Positions 37,024 to 50,129 of a DNA stretch of 63,864 bases are shown here, one piece after another. The notes beneath the pieces are model-generated. The model was not told where the DNA came from. It saw only the letters and a list, made by a program, of their open reading frames with translations, and searched no databases. This DNA comes from Toensbergia leucococca. Its lineage: Eukaryota. Made by a program: the position numbers and the translations under genes. Positions within the stretch are counted from its first letter, which is position 1; the number at the start of each line of letters is the position of its first letter. Location: positions 62,001-125,864 of the forward strand of contig JALDZS010000057.1 in NCBI GenBank assembly GCA_022813965.1, read 5' to 3'.

Positions 37024-37174
37024 TTTTTATGCCAAACAACACGGTAGTCATAAAAACCATAGTCTCCCTAGGTAATCCCACCAACTAAAGCCCCCGCCCC
37101 CCCTGCCTTTTCAAAATAAGATCCCCTCAAATATCACAACAACGCCGCTCCAACCACGTTCCCTTTTCCCCCTT

Positions 37175-39019
37175 TCAAGCAGCCGTGAGAGCAATATTAT
37201 CAAGCCTCACAACAGCATTCGGCTCACCAACCACAAACTCAAACCTCAACTGCTCCGTCGTCGCCCCCGCCGTAAAGACAAAAGAAGTATCTGCATACTT
37301 CCCCACGGCCGCCTGACCATCATCGCACGCGTCAAAAGTGGTCCCACCCGAGTAACCTGGGAACCGAACGCCAACAAAGCCCTCACTCTGGGTGCATTTG
37401 TCAAAGTATACGCTAAAAGACACTTTGTAGGATGCACCAACGACGAGGCCTTGTATCTGTTGACTGAGACTCGCTGGGTTCTGATCTTCGCTGGAAGAGG
37501 TGGGGCCTTCCTGCAGGAACTCGAAGGCGCTGTCTGAATTATCGCCAGTGGTTATAGTGTGATAAGTATTAGTGACGTCCGTTGCAGTCCAGGAAGCCAG
37601 GCCACCGCATTCGAATCCGCCGTTTTGCACGAGGTTTGTAGGCGTCGGTGTGCAGCCGGGAGCGTAGGTGGTAGTAGAAGTGGAGCTGGTAGAAGTGGTC
37701 GAAGTGGTTGAAGTGGTAGAGGTGGTAGACGTGGTAGAACTGGTGGAGGTGGTGGAGGTGGTGGTGGTGGAGCTTGTCGTTGTCGTTGTCACCTGATTAA
37801 GGGTATAGCTATAAGACCTAGAAACAGTGTAGCGATCACTGCCCCGGTACTGTCCATAATTGGTCGCATATGACGGGCCCCATGTCTCGTTATAAAGCGA
37901 GCAATACAGCCCTTGCGGCACGTCATTTTCAGACAAGACATACGAGTTGAAGAAGGTACAAGTCTGATAAGTGCCATCTGCATTTGGATGTTGGCTGTTG
38001 TACGTTGTCTGCACATTGCAAGCCTGAGCGCAGGTAGACGGGTCATAGCCCTGACTCTGACTGAAGGGGAAGAATTGATAGCCCATGTATGTGTTGTCGC
38101 CGTTCTGATCAAAAGGAGCATTGATTGCGCCGCCAAGTTCTTGAGGGCCGGTGAAGCCGTCGATGGCTGGTGGTGGGGCGTCCTTATTGTAACCGTTGGA
38201 GCCAGTGATGACAACTTGGAAGCTGTCTCGCCATTGACCTTGGTTGGTAGCTTCGGCAGAGGAGACAGGTGCACCCCAGAGGGTACATTTGAAGTTGGTG
38301 GTGGATGGCGGGTTAGGGCAGTTCTTTGAAGGGTCAGCTGTGAAGTCGTTGTAAAGAGTAAGAAATGAGTAACACGAACAGCAGCATTGGGGTCAAGACT
38401 AGGATCGCGTTCGATATAGATGCCAAAGGCCTGGCAGCCGCTGGCTTGATCACACTTGGACGCACATGTGTCGGTGTCATAACTGTCTAAGGTGTATAAA
38501 CCCTAGATTGAATATTCGATCAGCCTTTACTTTCTGATGTCAGTGAGAGTGTATTCAATTCACGTACCATGTAATTACTGGCTGAAAGACTGCCTGTCGC
38601 TCCCTGAAAAGCTTCAACGTAACCATCAGGCGTCGGAGCATTCTGCGAGAATGCCTACCAAAGTTTAGTAACAGGGCTTTCGTAGAATTGTAGAGGAGAC
38701 GAACCTGGAGATCCGAGTCGGCGGAGAATGCTGCTGCAGTGTCTGGAGTTGGGATGGGCCCTGAGCCAGCTGGCTGGGGAGCACACGACCCATCGCGCTC
38801 TACCAATGTTGCCACTCGCTTGGCCTTGGATGCTGGGGTTGAAATAGGTTCAATGGGAGCAGGGGCGACCTCGGTTGGTATATTAGATTCCACATCCAAG
38901 GGAGGAGTGAAGAGTACGGGATCAGCGGCGGCAACGGCGGCGGGAATCTCAATCCCCTGAGGCGAGGGTGCTGCAACAGTCAGGCCTGCAAGAGTAGCAA
39001 TCAGAAGTGCCGAGAGCAT
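37175..39019 (-). CDS. Secreted Cys-rich protein with Ser/Thr linker and C-terminal CBM4/9-like domain
   Basis: Signal peptide MLSALLIATLAGLTVAAP; two Cys-patterned (apple-like) repeats; poly-Thr/Ser tract ~37670-37790; NLVQNGGFE...VRLDNIAL; three introns. Confidence 0.8.
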
Positions 39020-40556
39020 ATTGACAGATGCGTAGAACGAATGTGATGAGCTCAAAGGCTAGTAAAGAAGACGCAACGAAGTGAAAATGAGTGGAAAGTG
39101 AGCGTAATGAAGAGAAAGCATCAGTGGAAGAGCGACATTAGTCCCCTATATAGCCAAGCAAGCTATGCCTACGACAGTCTGGCTATGAAGCTCGTCGGCG
39201 ACGCCATGTCGCGTACAGTTGGCACGTGGGCCGCTGTCAGCTTAGTCGGCGTGACTCAAGGCGCACTCGGTGTAAATGAAAAATGATTGAGGCAAGCCAC
39301 AAGTCGTATACAGGCAGACTCGAAGCGATTCAGAAATCAATCAGGCGCCCATTTGCTTACCAATCGGGAAGAAGCGAAAGTAGAAGGATACAGACTCGGC
39401 AGGCGAACGAATGAGGAGGAAAGATGTTAGTCACGAGGAATAGAGGAAGTCTGGAGAGGGAAAAGCGAACGAGGGAAGGAATTATTGTTTGCCTTGGCGA
39501 TCCAAAACAGTAATCAATCAAAACGCCACCTCAGCTTCTGGTCCAGCTTCATGCAAGTGCGGGCCATTGTAAATATCACACGCCATTGCCATTTCCAGCG
39601 CTCGCGGTTGCCATTGATACATCCATTTCCACTTCCACTTCCACTTCCATTTCCATGCCAATTCGTGCCGAGGACAGGAATACTCAAAGTAGTTGGAACC
39701 ATCTCCATGCATGAAAATCACTACCTACTTAGGTACCTTAGGCTAGGAGGAGGGAGGCACGCTAGTACGGAGTAGATTGATGATCGCGGGGAACGAAGCG
39801 AAGTTGCAATTTTTGGGGCACGTGGGTGTCTCGGTGTAAACCGCCCGCCGCCTAACCGGCCACTGGCTAACCCTATAGGGCTGACCAACCAAATTTTTGC
39901 CATTTTCTCTCCGTACCTTATCATCACTCTCATAGCTAAACACATGAACTACCTAAGTGTGCTATTTGACTGTAACAACCTCTCAGTCCTACTGTATTCA
40001 TACTAACACAGCTATCAGCTACGATTCAGATTTTAGCCTTTGCTTAAACTACCTTGTTCACTTGATTCAACACCCCGAAGCCGCTTCATGACAAGGACAA
40101 ATGCACCGTTATTATCATCATACGCCTCCAGCACATCAGGTACTGGGATGTCTGTTGTTTTATAAATAATTCACAGACTAGCTGCTTCGTTAATAAATCA
40201 TTCAAACCCCAAGGGGTGGGATGTAGGGCTCATCTCATCAATCAAGCCTGTATTCGCAGGGACAAAGGCATCGTTTGTAGAATCGATTCGGGGCGGAGGC
40301 GAAACTCTCGTTCGTGGGTTCGTCCAGGACTTTTACCATAGATGTTTGCATTTGTGTGATAGGTTCTTTAGTGGAAGTTGCACTTTTCTATCTGTAATTG
40401 CTAGTTGTTTTGGAATTCGCAAAAATAAGGTATCGCAATTTGGTGAGCCAGCTACCTACCTCCTAAATCATCTGCATCCTGAATGCTGTAAATAGCCCCA
40501 CCATTCATCTGAATAGCATGATCCTCCTTCACATCACCGGCCTCCCTACTCCGTCC

Positions 40557-40592
40557 CCCTCACCCTCACCCTCACCCTCACCCTCGCCCCTC
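40557..40592 (+). repeat. (CCCTCA)n telomere-like microsatellite
   Basis: About five to six tandem CCCTCA units, last ones imperfect. Confidence 0.7.
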
Positions 40593-40812
40593 AGCGGGTT
40601 CTGAATACACAAGTCAGAATGTGGGGGGGTCGAAAACTGAGGTGCAAAAAGCCATGAAGATCTCTCCCCTAGGTGGATTATGGCTACTAAATGGCGCGCG
40701 CTTGGGGAGGGAGATGGGCATGCTAAAGAGGACAGAGTTGTGAGTGCGAATCTGGTGAGACATGATGATGGTTCCGTTCAGTGCCTCAGTATTGCCTAAT
40801 TGGGGTCGGAAT
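40590..40812. mobile_element. Diverged fragment of the 1304-2470 TIR-element family
   Basis: GTCAGAATG..TGAGGT..AAAAG..ATGAAGAT..CCCTAGGT..TGGCT.CTA.ATGGC aligns with ~1985-2070; TATTGCCTAATTG at ~40790 is the reverse complement of CAATTAGGCAATA at ~1467-1479. Confidence 0.6.
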
Positions 40813-41074
40813 ATTATTACCCGTTTTTGTTTATATACAATGAGTCTAAAAAAATGACTGAGTGCAGAATGAAGTGTTTGAGCATTTAATGTATCAAGTT
40901 AATTAGAGTTGGCAGAAGAACAGGTGAGAATATTGGAGGAATTATATATTTTGAACTCAGCGCGTATGACATAGCGTGCCAAAATATCTAGCAACTCTTC
41001 TCAATTTGAACTTAATGCCTTGATAGAGTATGCAATAGAATATCCTATTTTCCAGAGATCTCAACCCGCCAACT

Positions 41075-42902
41075 CTAAACCAGGGATCTGCCAAGAACAA
41101 TTAGTAAGGTTTCAAAAGGTGCTGCACTAGCTGAGAAAGAGAGAGCAGCATCCAAACTTACCCTCGAGGATTCGTCGGCGGGACCGTAACCGCGCCGGTA
41201 AGATCCGTGTAATTTTGAGTGTTGCCCGCGGCATTGCCCTCGTACTTTAGGTTCCCACTACTGCACATATGAAGATCCACATCCGGCACAGTCTGCTGCC
41301 GCTGAAGCTCAAGCGGAGCTTCAATCATCGTCGCGGCAAGCCCAGCTGCGAGATGCCAATCGATGTGGCAGTGGAAGAACCAGACGCCCGGGTTGTCGGC
41401 TTGGAAGCGCAGGACGGCGTAGCCACCTGCTTGGACCATGAGAGTGTCGCGGCGAAATGGAATACTCGGAAATTGGGAGCTGTTGCCATTGTATGTGCCT
41501 ACATTTGCGGCGGTGCGGGCAAGGACTTGATAGTTGTGGCCGTGGAGGTGGAAGGGGTGACCGCCGGTATCCAAATTGTTGAGGACAATGTCGACGACGG
41601 AATTGTGGGCGAGGACGTAGGGGTTGGAATTCACACCGTATACCATTGAGTTAGTAGCTTCGGAGCCGACACTAAGGGCTGTGTAGAGAGCTGGGACTGT
41701 TTGAGATATACCGGTTACGTTATTGAAGACGGCTCTGGTAGAATTATCAATGACATGTATTCGTCGGGTAGGATGGCTCAAATTACCTGTTGAAGCCGTT
41801 GATGGTAGTGAAATCAAAGGCCAGCGTGATCACCTGATCAGCAGTCCCAAGACGAGCCATTCGATCATATGGAACGAGTTGGAAATCATCATAAGCTGTG
41901 AGATTTGTATAGCGCGGTGCTTCGGGTAGTGCTTTTTGGGTGTCATACACCAAGTAACCAGTAACATTAGGGTTAAGATAACCGGGAACGGTGTCAAACA
42001 TGGTTGTGTCGAAATTGCCCACGAAAGCGTAGTTCTTTGCAGCAGTCGGCTTTGCTGTGATCAAAACACCGTAGCGCTGGGCAGCCGTGACGTAGATGCC
42101 ATCCACCACCTGCTTCTCCGTGTATACCCCATCAACCTCGATAATGGTCATTTGATGCTGGTCAAAGTGAAGATAAATGGGGGCAAAAGCAGCCATGCTA
42201 ACGATGCGAACGAAATAAGTCTTTCCAGGAGTCACTTGAAACGATATGTCCTGGTCGTCGTTGAACAAGGCCGAATATGGTACAGGCTCCGCTCCACTGG
42301 GATTTTCGGCCACTGAAAGGTAAGAACTCAGCAGAGTTGGCATCTGTTCGTGATACCAATCCGAGATGGTGAGTACAAATTCCTCATCGTACTGGCCAGC
42401 ATATGGCGAATTGGGATCATCTATGATCAATGGCCCCCGGAGACCATCAGGATATTGGGCAGCAGAGTGAGAGTGATACCAATAGGTACCTGGCTGATCA
42501 ATCTAGTCGAATGTAAGTAATCAGCGATCAAAGGGTCAGGCCACAGAGTAGCAGTACCTGGAATTTATAATTAAAGCTATCTCCGGGAGGGATGGGACAT
42601 TGAACAACGCCCACAGTGCCATCCATTGAAGCTGTCCCGTTTTGGAACAGGCCATGAAAATGCAAACTTGACGTTTCGTTCCCCAGCTGGTTGTGTGCAT
42701 TGACTACTACATTATCCCCGACAGTGGCCCTTAGAGTAGGAAGTGGCCATTCTCCATTGATGCCGATGACTGGTCGTACCAACTCACCGTCTGGGTTGGC
42801 AAGAACCCAAGTCAAGTTCCAATTATATGTTATCGTTACGGCAAGGGAGAGTCTTGCAATCAGGGCAGGGACCAGGAAGAGGAAGCCACGAGAGAAAAGC
42901 AT
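41075..42902 (-). CDS. Fet3/Abr1-like multicopper oxidase, apparently lacking the C-terminal membrane anchor
   Basis: Signal peptide; HFHG, WYHSH, HPFHLHGH, HCHIDWH copper motifs; three introns; last exon gives ...PRGSLV*. Confidence 0.93.
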
Positions 42903-45063
42903 GATAAAGAGCGAATTTTGAAGCTAGGGACTTTGACATGAGATTCAAGAATTCGGGGAACTATAGGAACGGAAAGTGTATATGTAGGAAAAGGAACTTC
43001 TTCCATTTTTGTCATGGAGATGAAATTGGGGACGTTGGTAGGGCACGTCGGAAAGCCATGCTCATTTCGTAACAAATGCATTGCGAGCCATTCGCGACGA
43101 GGCTCAACTCATTGGCATGGGACGGCGACCCGTGCCAGAGGTTGGACCGCCGATTTAGGAGCCAATCCGAGTCAAGTAATGGTGGACCCTGACGTAACAT
43201 CAAGACCACTGTGAACAATTCAATAGGTCCAGCGAGAATATCGGATGACTTCCTCTAATTGCTTTTCTTTTCCATCCCGAAGGCGACGGAACTTTCAACT
43301 CATGATAGAGGCGAATTATCGCAAGCACTTGTTTGGGCCACAATTGTCACGCGAGTCATGGTGGGGCTTCTTCCGTCAGGCTGATACTGGTCCAGATCAG
43401 CTCGTATGCATCATTTGAGTTCTCGCTGACAATAAATGAGTGAATGAGAGTGAGTACAATGGTGATGATATGGCGGCGGTGAGGAGAGGAAGAGAGAAAA
43501 AAGACGAAAGAAGAAAGAAGAAAGAAGATCAACGTTAGCTTGACCTCAACAGCCACAAGGCCACGAAGGCCTAGCTCAAGACCTAACCCAAAGAAGAATT
43601 GTGCGTCATCGAGTCGCTTGGGTGGCTCTTTCTCGGCTGCGAGCGGCACTCGCGGGAGCTAGAATAGTGTAACATTACCTATCCGGCGGTGCTTGCTCCG
43701 TAATATTTGTTAATACGGAGTAGAGGTGAAGGATAACAATAGGCGTCGACGGTCAAATTGTGGATCATGTTCGCTTGCGTTTAAATGCTGTAGGAATCTG
43801 TATCTAAACAGACATCGGAGCGCCAGGTTTGTTGCACGCCGAGGACGAGGCAGGAAATTGGGGAATAGATTTGATGTGCTTGGAGGATGGATGAGGTGTC
43901 TGGCAAGGGAATTTGGGCTTTGTTGATGTTGATGCCACATATTTTGAGAACGGGGCGGTTGTGGTTGGTGTTGGTCAGCCCGGGATGCGGAAGAGCAGAG
44001 GTGGAGGTTTCAAAGTAGAAGGCTTGGAGTTTGAAGAGGTCGTTGATAAGAGCGGAGGGGTTTTTGCAAGAGGTATTTTTGATTGCGAAGGTGTGGCTAT
44101 AAGTTTTCTGCGGCATGTGCGATTTTGAGAGAGAAGCTGAAGGGGGGATAGTGGCGTTGGGGCTATTGTAGAGGTGTTGAATGACGATGCCGTCAAAGCT
44201 GTTTCTGTGAAGCTAGCGATATGGGTGTCTATTTTGCCGGTGATGTCGGGCTCAAAGAGGGAGGCATTGCTGTTGAAAGGGAGAAGAATTGTTGTGAGGA
44301 TGAGCCTGAGGGAGAGGATTGTTCTTTTGCTCGGAGCATGATGATTTGGACGGGGGCTTGGTTAGCTGGGAGTCAGGTGGCGGTAATGGTAAGGAAGCAA
44401 TGTGAGTGGGAAAGGATGCTGATCGCATCGAGATTTTTTGACGTGAATGCTGAGTAGGATTCGTTTCACGTAAGGGTATTTCTTTTCTCTAAACCCCAAA
44501 TTAGAGAGCTCTGTGCTCTAACAGTCAGATAGTTCTCATAAACATAGCAGCAATTTCAAGGAAACCAAACTCAACAAAAAAACAGTAAATTATGTAACAA
44601 ATCTTCAAATCCCATCAATGAGAACTAAAAGAAAAACAAACCTCACCAACAACAAGATATCTCAAACTGATATTGTGATGATTGAACGAAATGATGGCAG
44701 TGATACATTGAGGTGAAACGTGGTTGTAAAACGCTGATATGTATGACAAATTTATGGAGACTGCATCTTTTGATAACAGTAATGAAGAAATGGGAATGTG
44801 ATTGAAGCACCATCATAATTTACTGCGTCAAGCCTGCCTGAAACTGTTGTGATGAAGGGCTTATGACAAGGAGTTGAATCAAAAGTCTGATAGAATCCTT
44901 AGGCTAGCCACGATGCTAACCTCCCACGGCCTCACTATCCGTACGACACGTACTCAAGACTCGGGAGGTATCGTCTGAGACTAAAGCATGCTACTGAAGC
45001 ATGTTTACTGTTTTATGTGGTGTTTTATCGTCGTAAAGAAGGGTGATGTTGAGACTCCCATTC

Positions 45064-47491
45064 CTACCAGTCAGGGGCATCATGCCAGACTTCTTCTTCA
45101 CCGGACGTTTCTGATTCGCCCTCTGAAGAGAAATTCTCATTATCTGGATTCGAATCGGCTGTCACCGTCGGAGGGGCTGAATTGTGGTTCTGTTCTACAA
45201 CGCTGGCTAGGAGTGCCTTGAACGCAGTGAACCATCGCGAAGGACTTTTGTCTGGTGGACGCCTTGACCAGTCTGCCCATTCCACGTTGTGGCGCAGACG
45301 CCACCTAGCAATCTTCATTACGGTCTTGCAATATTTGTTCTGGTCCTCAGTATCGACGACTTGTAGCCCTTTCTTTTCCAAGATATTGCAACACTCCATC
45401 GAGCCGTAGCATGCAAGCCGAAAAAGGATGCTCTGTCCACGTTTTGTTTTGATACTACAGTCAAATCCACTTCCGAACAGGATATGAAGCACTTCATCTC
45501 GACCACAAAAGATTGCACAAAACAGCGCAGGGTCAGTATTGTTATCTTGCTTTTCGTTGACATCGACACCATTTTGCAGCATAAAGCGGGTAGATTCCAC
45601 CAGTCCATTTGAGACTGCTACCTTCAACAGGGAAACTCGATCTTCGCCGATAGCCTTGAGATTAGCACCATAATGTGCAAGAGTCTCAATACGGTCGACA
45701 GAATCGGCTGTAAGAAGGCTATAAAAAAGCGCTTCACGACCTCGCAAGTCTTTGACGTCCGCAGCTGCACCTGCTTGCAATAGAGCAAATAAACAGGAAT
45801 CGCCGCTCGCTTCTGCCGACCAATGTAGGGGAGTTTTGCCAGCACGATCAGCTCTATTAGGATCTGCACCACGATACAAGAGCTCTTGGACTGCATCTAA
45901 GTCCCCACGTTGGGCTGCCCAGGACAAAGGGGTTCTCCCACTCAAATCAACATCGTCAATTGCATACCTTGGAAGTTTTCGAATCGAGTTCTCTTCGCTT
46001 AAACTAGAAAGTTGCAAAACGCTCTGATGGGCTTCAGAAAACTCATTTGCCTCTACAAAGCCAGTCAAACACTCTCGCCAAAGGGCAATCTTATCTTCAG
46101 GATCTCGGCTGGTAAGTATAATCCCCCACAGTAGGGCTAGAGGAGTCCTACAAGAAGTCAGTACTTTACTTTGCAATGGGGATCTTGATCATATGCACTC
46201 ATGGGCGCTATCCTCGAACATCATATCAGCGCCAGCACACATCAGCAGCTTGACTATGTCGAACGACCTCTTTCGCGCCGCGTACTGTTCATTTTGTTAA
46301 CGGAGTGGGGAACTTCGGCTACGATAATACTCACGTGAAGTGGTGTTGCGCCATAAACATTATCCACATCAAGCACTGATGCTTTCCCACTGGATAAGAG
46401 TAATTTAACATGCTCAAAGTCATCACACTGTACAGTGTGGAAAATGTGGTCTCTTAATGAGCGTACTCGCATGGTCCGCAAGACTAGTTCTGGCCCCTTA
46501 CAATCAGAATATGCAATGGAGGTCATAACAGCGCGAGCTAACAGCCAGCGCGGGAAAGCGTAAATGATCCTCGTCGAGGTACTGGACGCTCGCATGCAGT
46601 TGGCCCGGTCGCATTTCTGAAACACCATGGGCAACCCGCTATACCCAATGAATAGTGAGCCAAGAACACGCTGCAAAGATCGAGGAGTCTCGAGGTGATT
46701 TTGCCTATGGCATGAGCAGATACAGAGGGGCCTACATCCACGATCAAGTGTCAGAATTAGCTGTACTGCGCTGGTATGGGTTGCGATGGCAGGGACCTTG
46801 GGTGAATGCAATTCGCTGGGAGACTCTAACAGAGGCACTGGCGAAATGCTGATGCCAAGAGGTTTCGGGGGAGGAGAGGCTTCTGCAGCCTTAGACGTGG
46901 GATTGATAACCTGAGATTGCTGATGATACTGAATAATCTCTCGTACCAGAGCTTCCATTGCATGACCTTGGCTTTGTAGTTTCTGCAGTTGCAACTCGTT
47001 CCGTAGAGCTGTAGATCTATACATATTAGTAAAGCCTCCTAATGCGGGGCTGAGTATGTGTACGAGCTCAAGATTTCTAGAGCTGCAGAAAGATTGATTC
47101 GATTATTTCTCAGTCGGTCCTTCTTCCGTAACACTTTGGTCTCCGAACGCAGCCATGCCACTCGATCAAGCTTGGGATTTCCATCACCGCCTATCTTGGA
47201 CAGTCCGTATAGGATCAAGCGTTCAAGGTCTAGTATCAAAACCTTTGCCCTTTGAAGTTCATTACAAAGACTTTGATGATTTGGCTGATCCGAAAGTGTG
47301 GGAAGGTGGTACTGATGGATGAGATGCTCAATAGCGCCGACGACAAGCCGCAGATCAGATACCTCATTATTGAGTTGCAGAAGAGTCAATGGTGTGTTCT
47401 TGAGGGACACAAGCTTGTGTAGGCCCTTTGCGATTGTTCCACCAGCACCGACGACAGCGAGGATGCTAGCTGTGACTGACAGAGGGTCCAT
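45064..47491 (-). CDS. HeLo-like (fungal STAND N-terminal) domain + Cys-rich linker + ankyrin repeat protein
   Basis: MDPLSVTASILAVVGAG...LLQLNNEVSDL; CRPLCICSCH..CDRANC; GATPLH, GRTPLSWAA, GKTPLHWSA ankyrins; three introns; no P-loop seen. Confidence 0.82.
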
Positions 47492-48116
47492 GGCTGTGCA
47501 AGGAGATTGACGTGCATCTTTGTTACGTGCCAGCCTTGCTCTTCGATCTTCGATGCGGGGGTGATTGCGGCGTCGAATCGGGTTGTAGGCACACACATGT
47601 CAGATTTAGTAAGAGAGAAACGTTGACCTTTACCCTCTTTAAATTCCCCGTCTTATTGAATGTTGAAAGGTCTTTGCACTTCCTTTTTGTCTCCTAGAAA
47701 GTTGAAAAGACGGCCACGAATGTGGCCTCGAGGAGTCCTTCGCTCTTCACAAGTGCCAAGCTCACTACGCCCATTCTGGCTATTCTAAAGCATGCTAAGC
47801 TCTTTTATGTTAGTGTCTTACTCGTTACGTCTGGAGGACAGAAGCAACATGACGTGAACGGCTTTGCAATTGTCTCAACCACTATGTCTCAACGAACACT
47901 TGACATGGAATTTATAGGACGTGTCTCCCTAGAGTCTTGGGAGGGTAAAACGTCTTAAATTTCGCAATGCCCGAATCAAGACCATGCAGTCCATGCGCGG
48001 CGAACAAATTTATGGGGCAAAGGATGAAAGTGAAGACAGTCAATCCCCAGCGAATCCAGTCACAGCACCATCCCCAAGTAGGCTCCCATCTCGCCGCACC
48101 AAACCCATCCAAACAC

Positions 48117-48776
48117 CTAGCCCAACCGCCTAGGTTTCTTTCCCCTTGTCCCTCCAAACTTCAACCTCGTAGCATCCATAACCTTCACCACCCTTCCCCT
48201 CAAACTCCTCCCCTCGCTTCCCAAGAATATCTTAGTTATCGCCTCCCTCCCCGGCCCAAATCCCCTCAATATAAGTTCTAATTCTTGGATCTCCGTCATC
48301 AAACCCTGCTGCTGAATCCTCCCCATCATATACGCTCCTAATTGGTATGCGGCATCGTAGGTGCCACGATTAGCTTTGCGGAAGCCGATGTTGCCGGCTG
48401 AGATGGAGATGAGGGGGTTGCTGGTTGGGGAGGTCAGGGTCAGGTGGGTATTGTGTTTCGTGGCGTAGACGTGGAAGTGGTGGGCGTAGACGCGGGGAGC
48501 ATTGACTGAGAGAGTGAGGGGTTCCGAGGAATTGCGAACAGAGAAGCCTGGAAGGGCAGTGGGTGGTCGAGATGAGGGAGAAGTGGTTTGGCGAAGGGAT
48601 TTGAGTAACGAGGCCTCGCTGAGGGGTGTGCTTTCGGTGAGTCGAGGCTGAGAGTCTTTGACTGGTGAGGTGTTGTCGTCAGCGAGAATGCGAGCCGAGT
48701 GGTTGAATGGGCGTGTGGAGAAGAGTGGAGAGAGAATTGATCGGCGGCACCGGAGACACAGGCTTGGTAAAGTCAT
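48117..48776 (-). CDS. Mitochondrial ribosomal protein uS11m (yeast Mrps18-like)
   Basis: HVYATKHNTHLTLT...SAGNIGFRKANRGTYDAAYQL...LRGFGPGREA...DATRLKFGGTRGKKPRRLG; presequence-like N-terminus. Confidence 0.92.
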   Translation of the reverse strand: MTLPSLCLRCRRSILSPLFSTRPFNHSARILADDNTSPVKDSQPRLTESTPLSEASLLKSLRQTTSPSSRPPTALPGFSVRNSSEPLTLSVNAPRVYAHHFHVYATKHNTHLTLTSPTSNPLISISAGNIGFRKANRGTYDAAYQLGAYMMGRIQQQGLMTEIQELELILRGFGPGREAITKIFLGSEGRSLRGRVVKVMDATRLKFGGTRGKKPRRLG

Positions 48777-50129
48777 CTTTGGGCTTGCTAGAGGCCCCGA
48801 TCGTGTTGAAGATCAAGTTCTTGTGAGAACTCGCGACTTGGTCAGTCACGAGTGCATGCTGTGTACGATGTAAATACACATGTCTGTGTTTGAAGGTACG
48901 AGGTACGGATACGGATAGAAAGGTTGTTTCAGTAGCTCACATATTCTCAGCCTTATTTCTCTCGCTAAAACATTCTATTCTAGATCTTGCCCCTAAACGG
49001 ACTACTACCTTATCATCTACATTTAGATGCTAGCTTCACAAGATATGTCCTAAGATCTAGCAATGCTGCGGCAAAGTCTACTCTACAATTAATGTTTCAT
49101 TCGAGTCATATCTCTCCTCTTTTGCCTCAAGGTAGAACCAGATTGATTTAGATACCCGCCACACCTTAATCGATATGGCCCCTGACATTATCCATCTCAC
49201 GGGAAGAGTGACAGAACCGTGAGGGGAGAGAGGGGTTTTCCTTTGTGACTGACATTCGTTTACCGGTGTTGTTTTTGTATTGTAACAGTACCTTTTCATG
49301 TATAGATTTTGACGAGTCAATTGGCGCTTAGAATACTGCTGATGGACCTCGAAGCTAGAATCGCGCTCCTTTAATATCGTTTCGAATGAGAAAAAAAAGT
49401 TCTGGGAAGAGCGCAGAGACTACAACGCCGACTGAAAGCTTGTTCTCCAGCGGGGTTTGACTAGATAGCTCAAGGTATCTGAAATATCCAAGGATGGCTG
49501 CAAACGTTAAGGAGACGAACACTAGCACACGGGCAGAAGAGGTGATAGAAGGTTTGATAGAAGACATGGGTTGCCAATTCTAAAGTTAAATTTTCAAAAA
49601 GCAATGACATAAAAAAAGCAAAAAAGAAATCAGAACCGAACTGGAAAGTCAATATTAGCTAGGATTAGAGAATATAAGACCAACCAAGGGAAGCTTTCAA
49701 TAGACCATCAGACTCGCACATTTGTTAGGAAGGTGTGCAGCTTTTTTCATCAGCGAGAAGAAGATTTGAATTTTGCGATGATTCAACCTTGATCACGTGA
49801 AATCTGCGAGAGATTAAGTACGAGGAGAACCCTCAGTCTTAATTCTCTCAGCAGCAGTCGCACTTTTTGTCATCACGCGGTGGACAGTGATGAAACATAA
49901 GAGATGTTTGGCTGTACCTACTGCTTGATGCAGAAGCGAAGGCTTGTCTCGGAGATCTGAGTCCACAGGGTCCCTAAAAGCGGGATTGATGGGGTTGACA
50001 ACCGTTAGGCCATTTGAGCTGCTTGGATGGAATTTAGCTCTGTATTCTCTATTATTTCATTATTCAATTCCCTTCGCTTGTCAAGGTGCCTGGTTCGAGG
50101 CCTGCGGTCCGCTTCGGTAACATTTTGGC

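Noticed and set aside
39622..39660. (CCACTT/CCATTT)n tract and its WKWKWK ORF
   Set aside because: Simple microsatellite; the ORF is an artefact.
39867..39875. CTAACCCTA as a telomerase RNA template
   Set aside because: No pseudoknot or CR4/5-like structure recognisable nearby; such motifs are common in promoters.
43356..44457. Possible FTR1 permease divergent from the oxidase
   Set aside because: No RExxE motifs or multi-TM ORF; only short unassignable ORFs.
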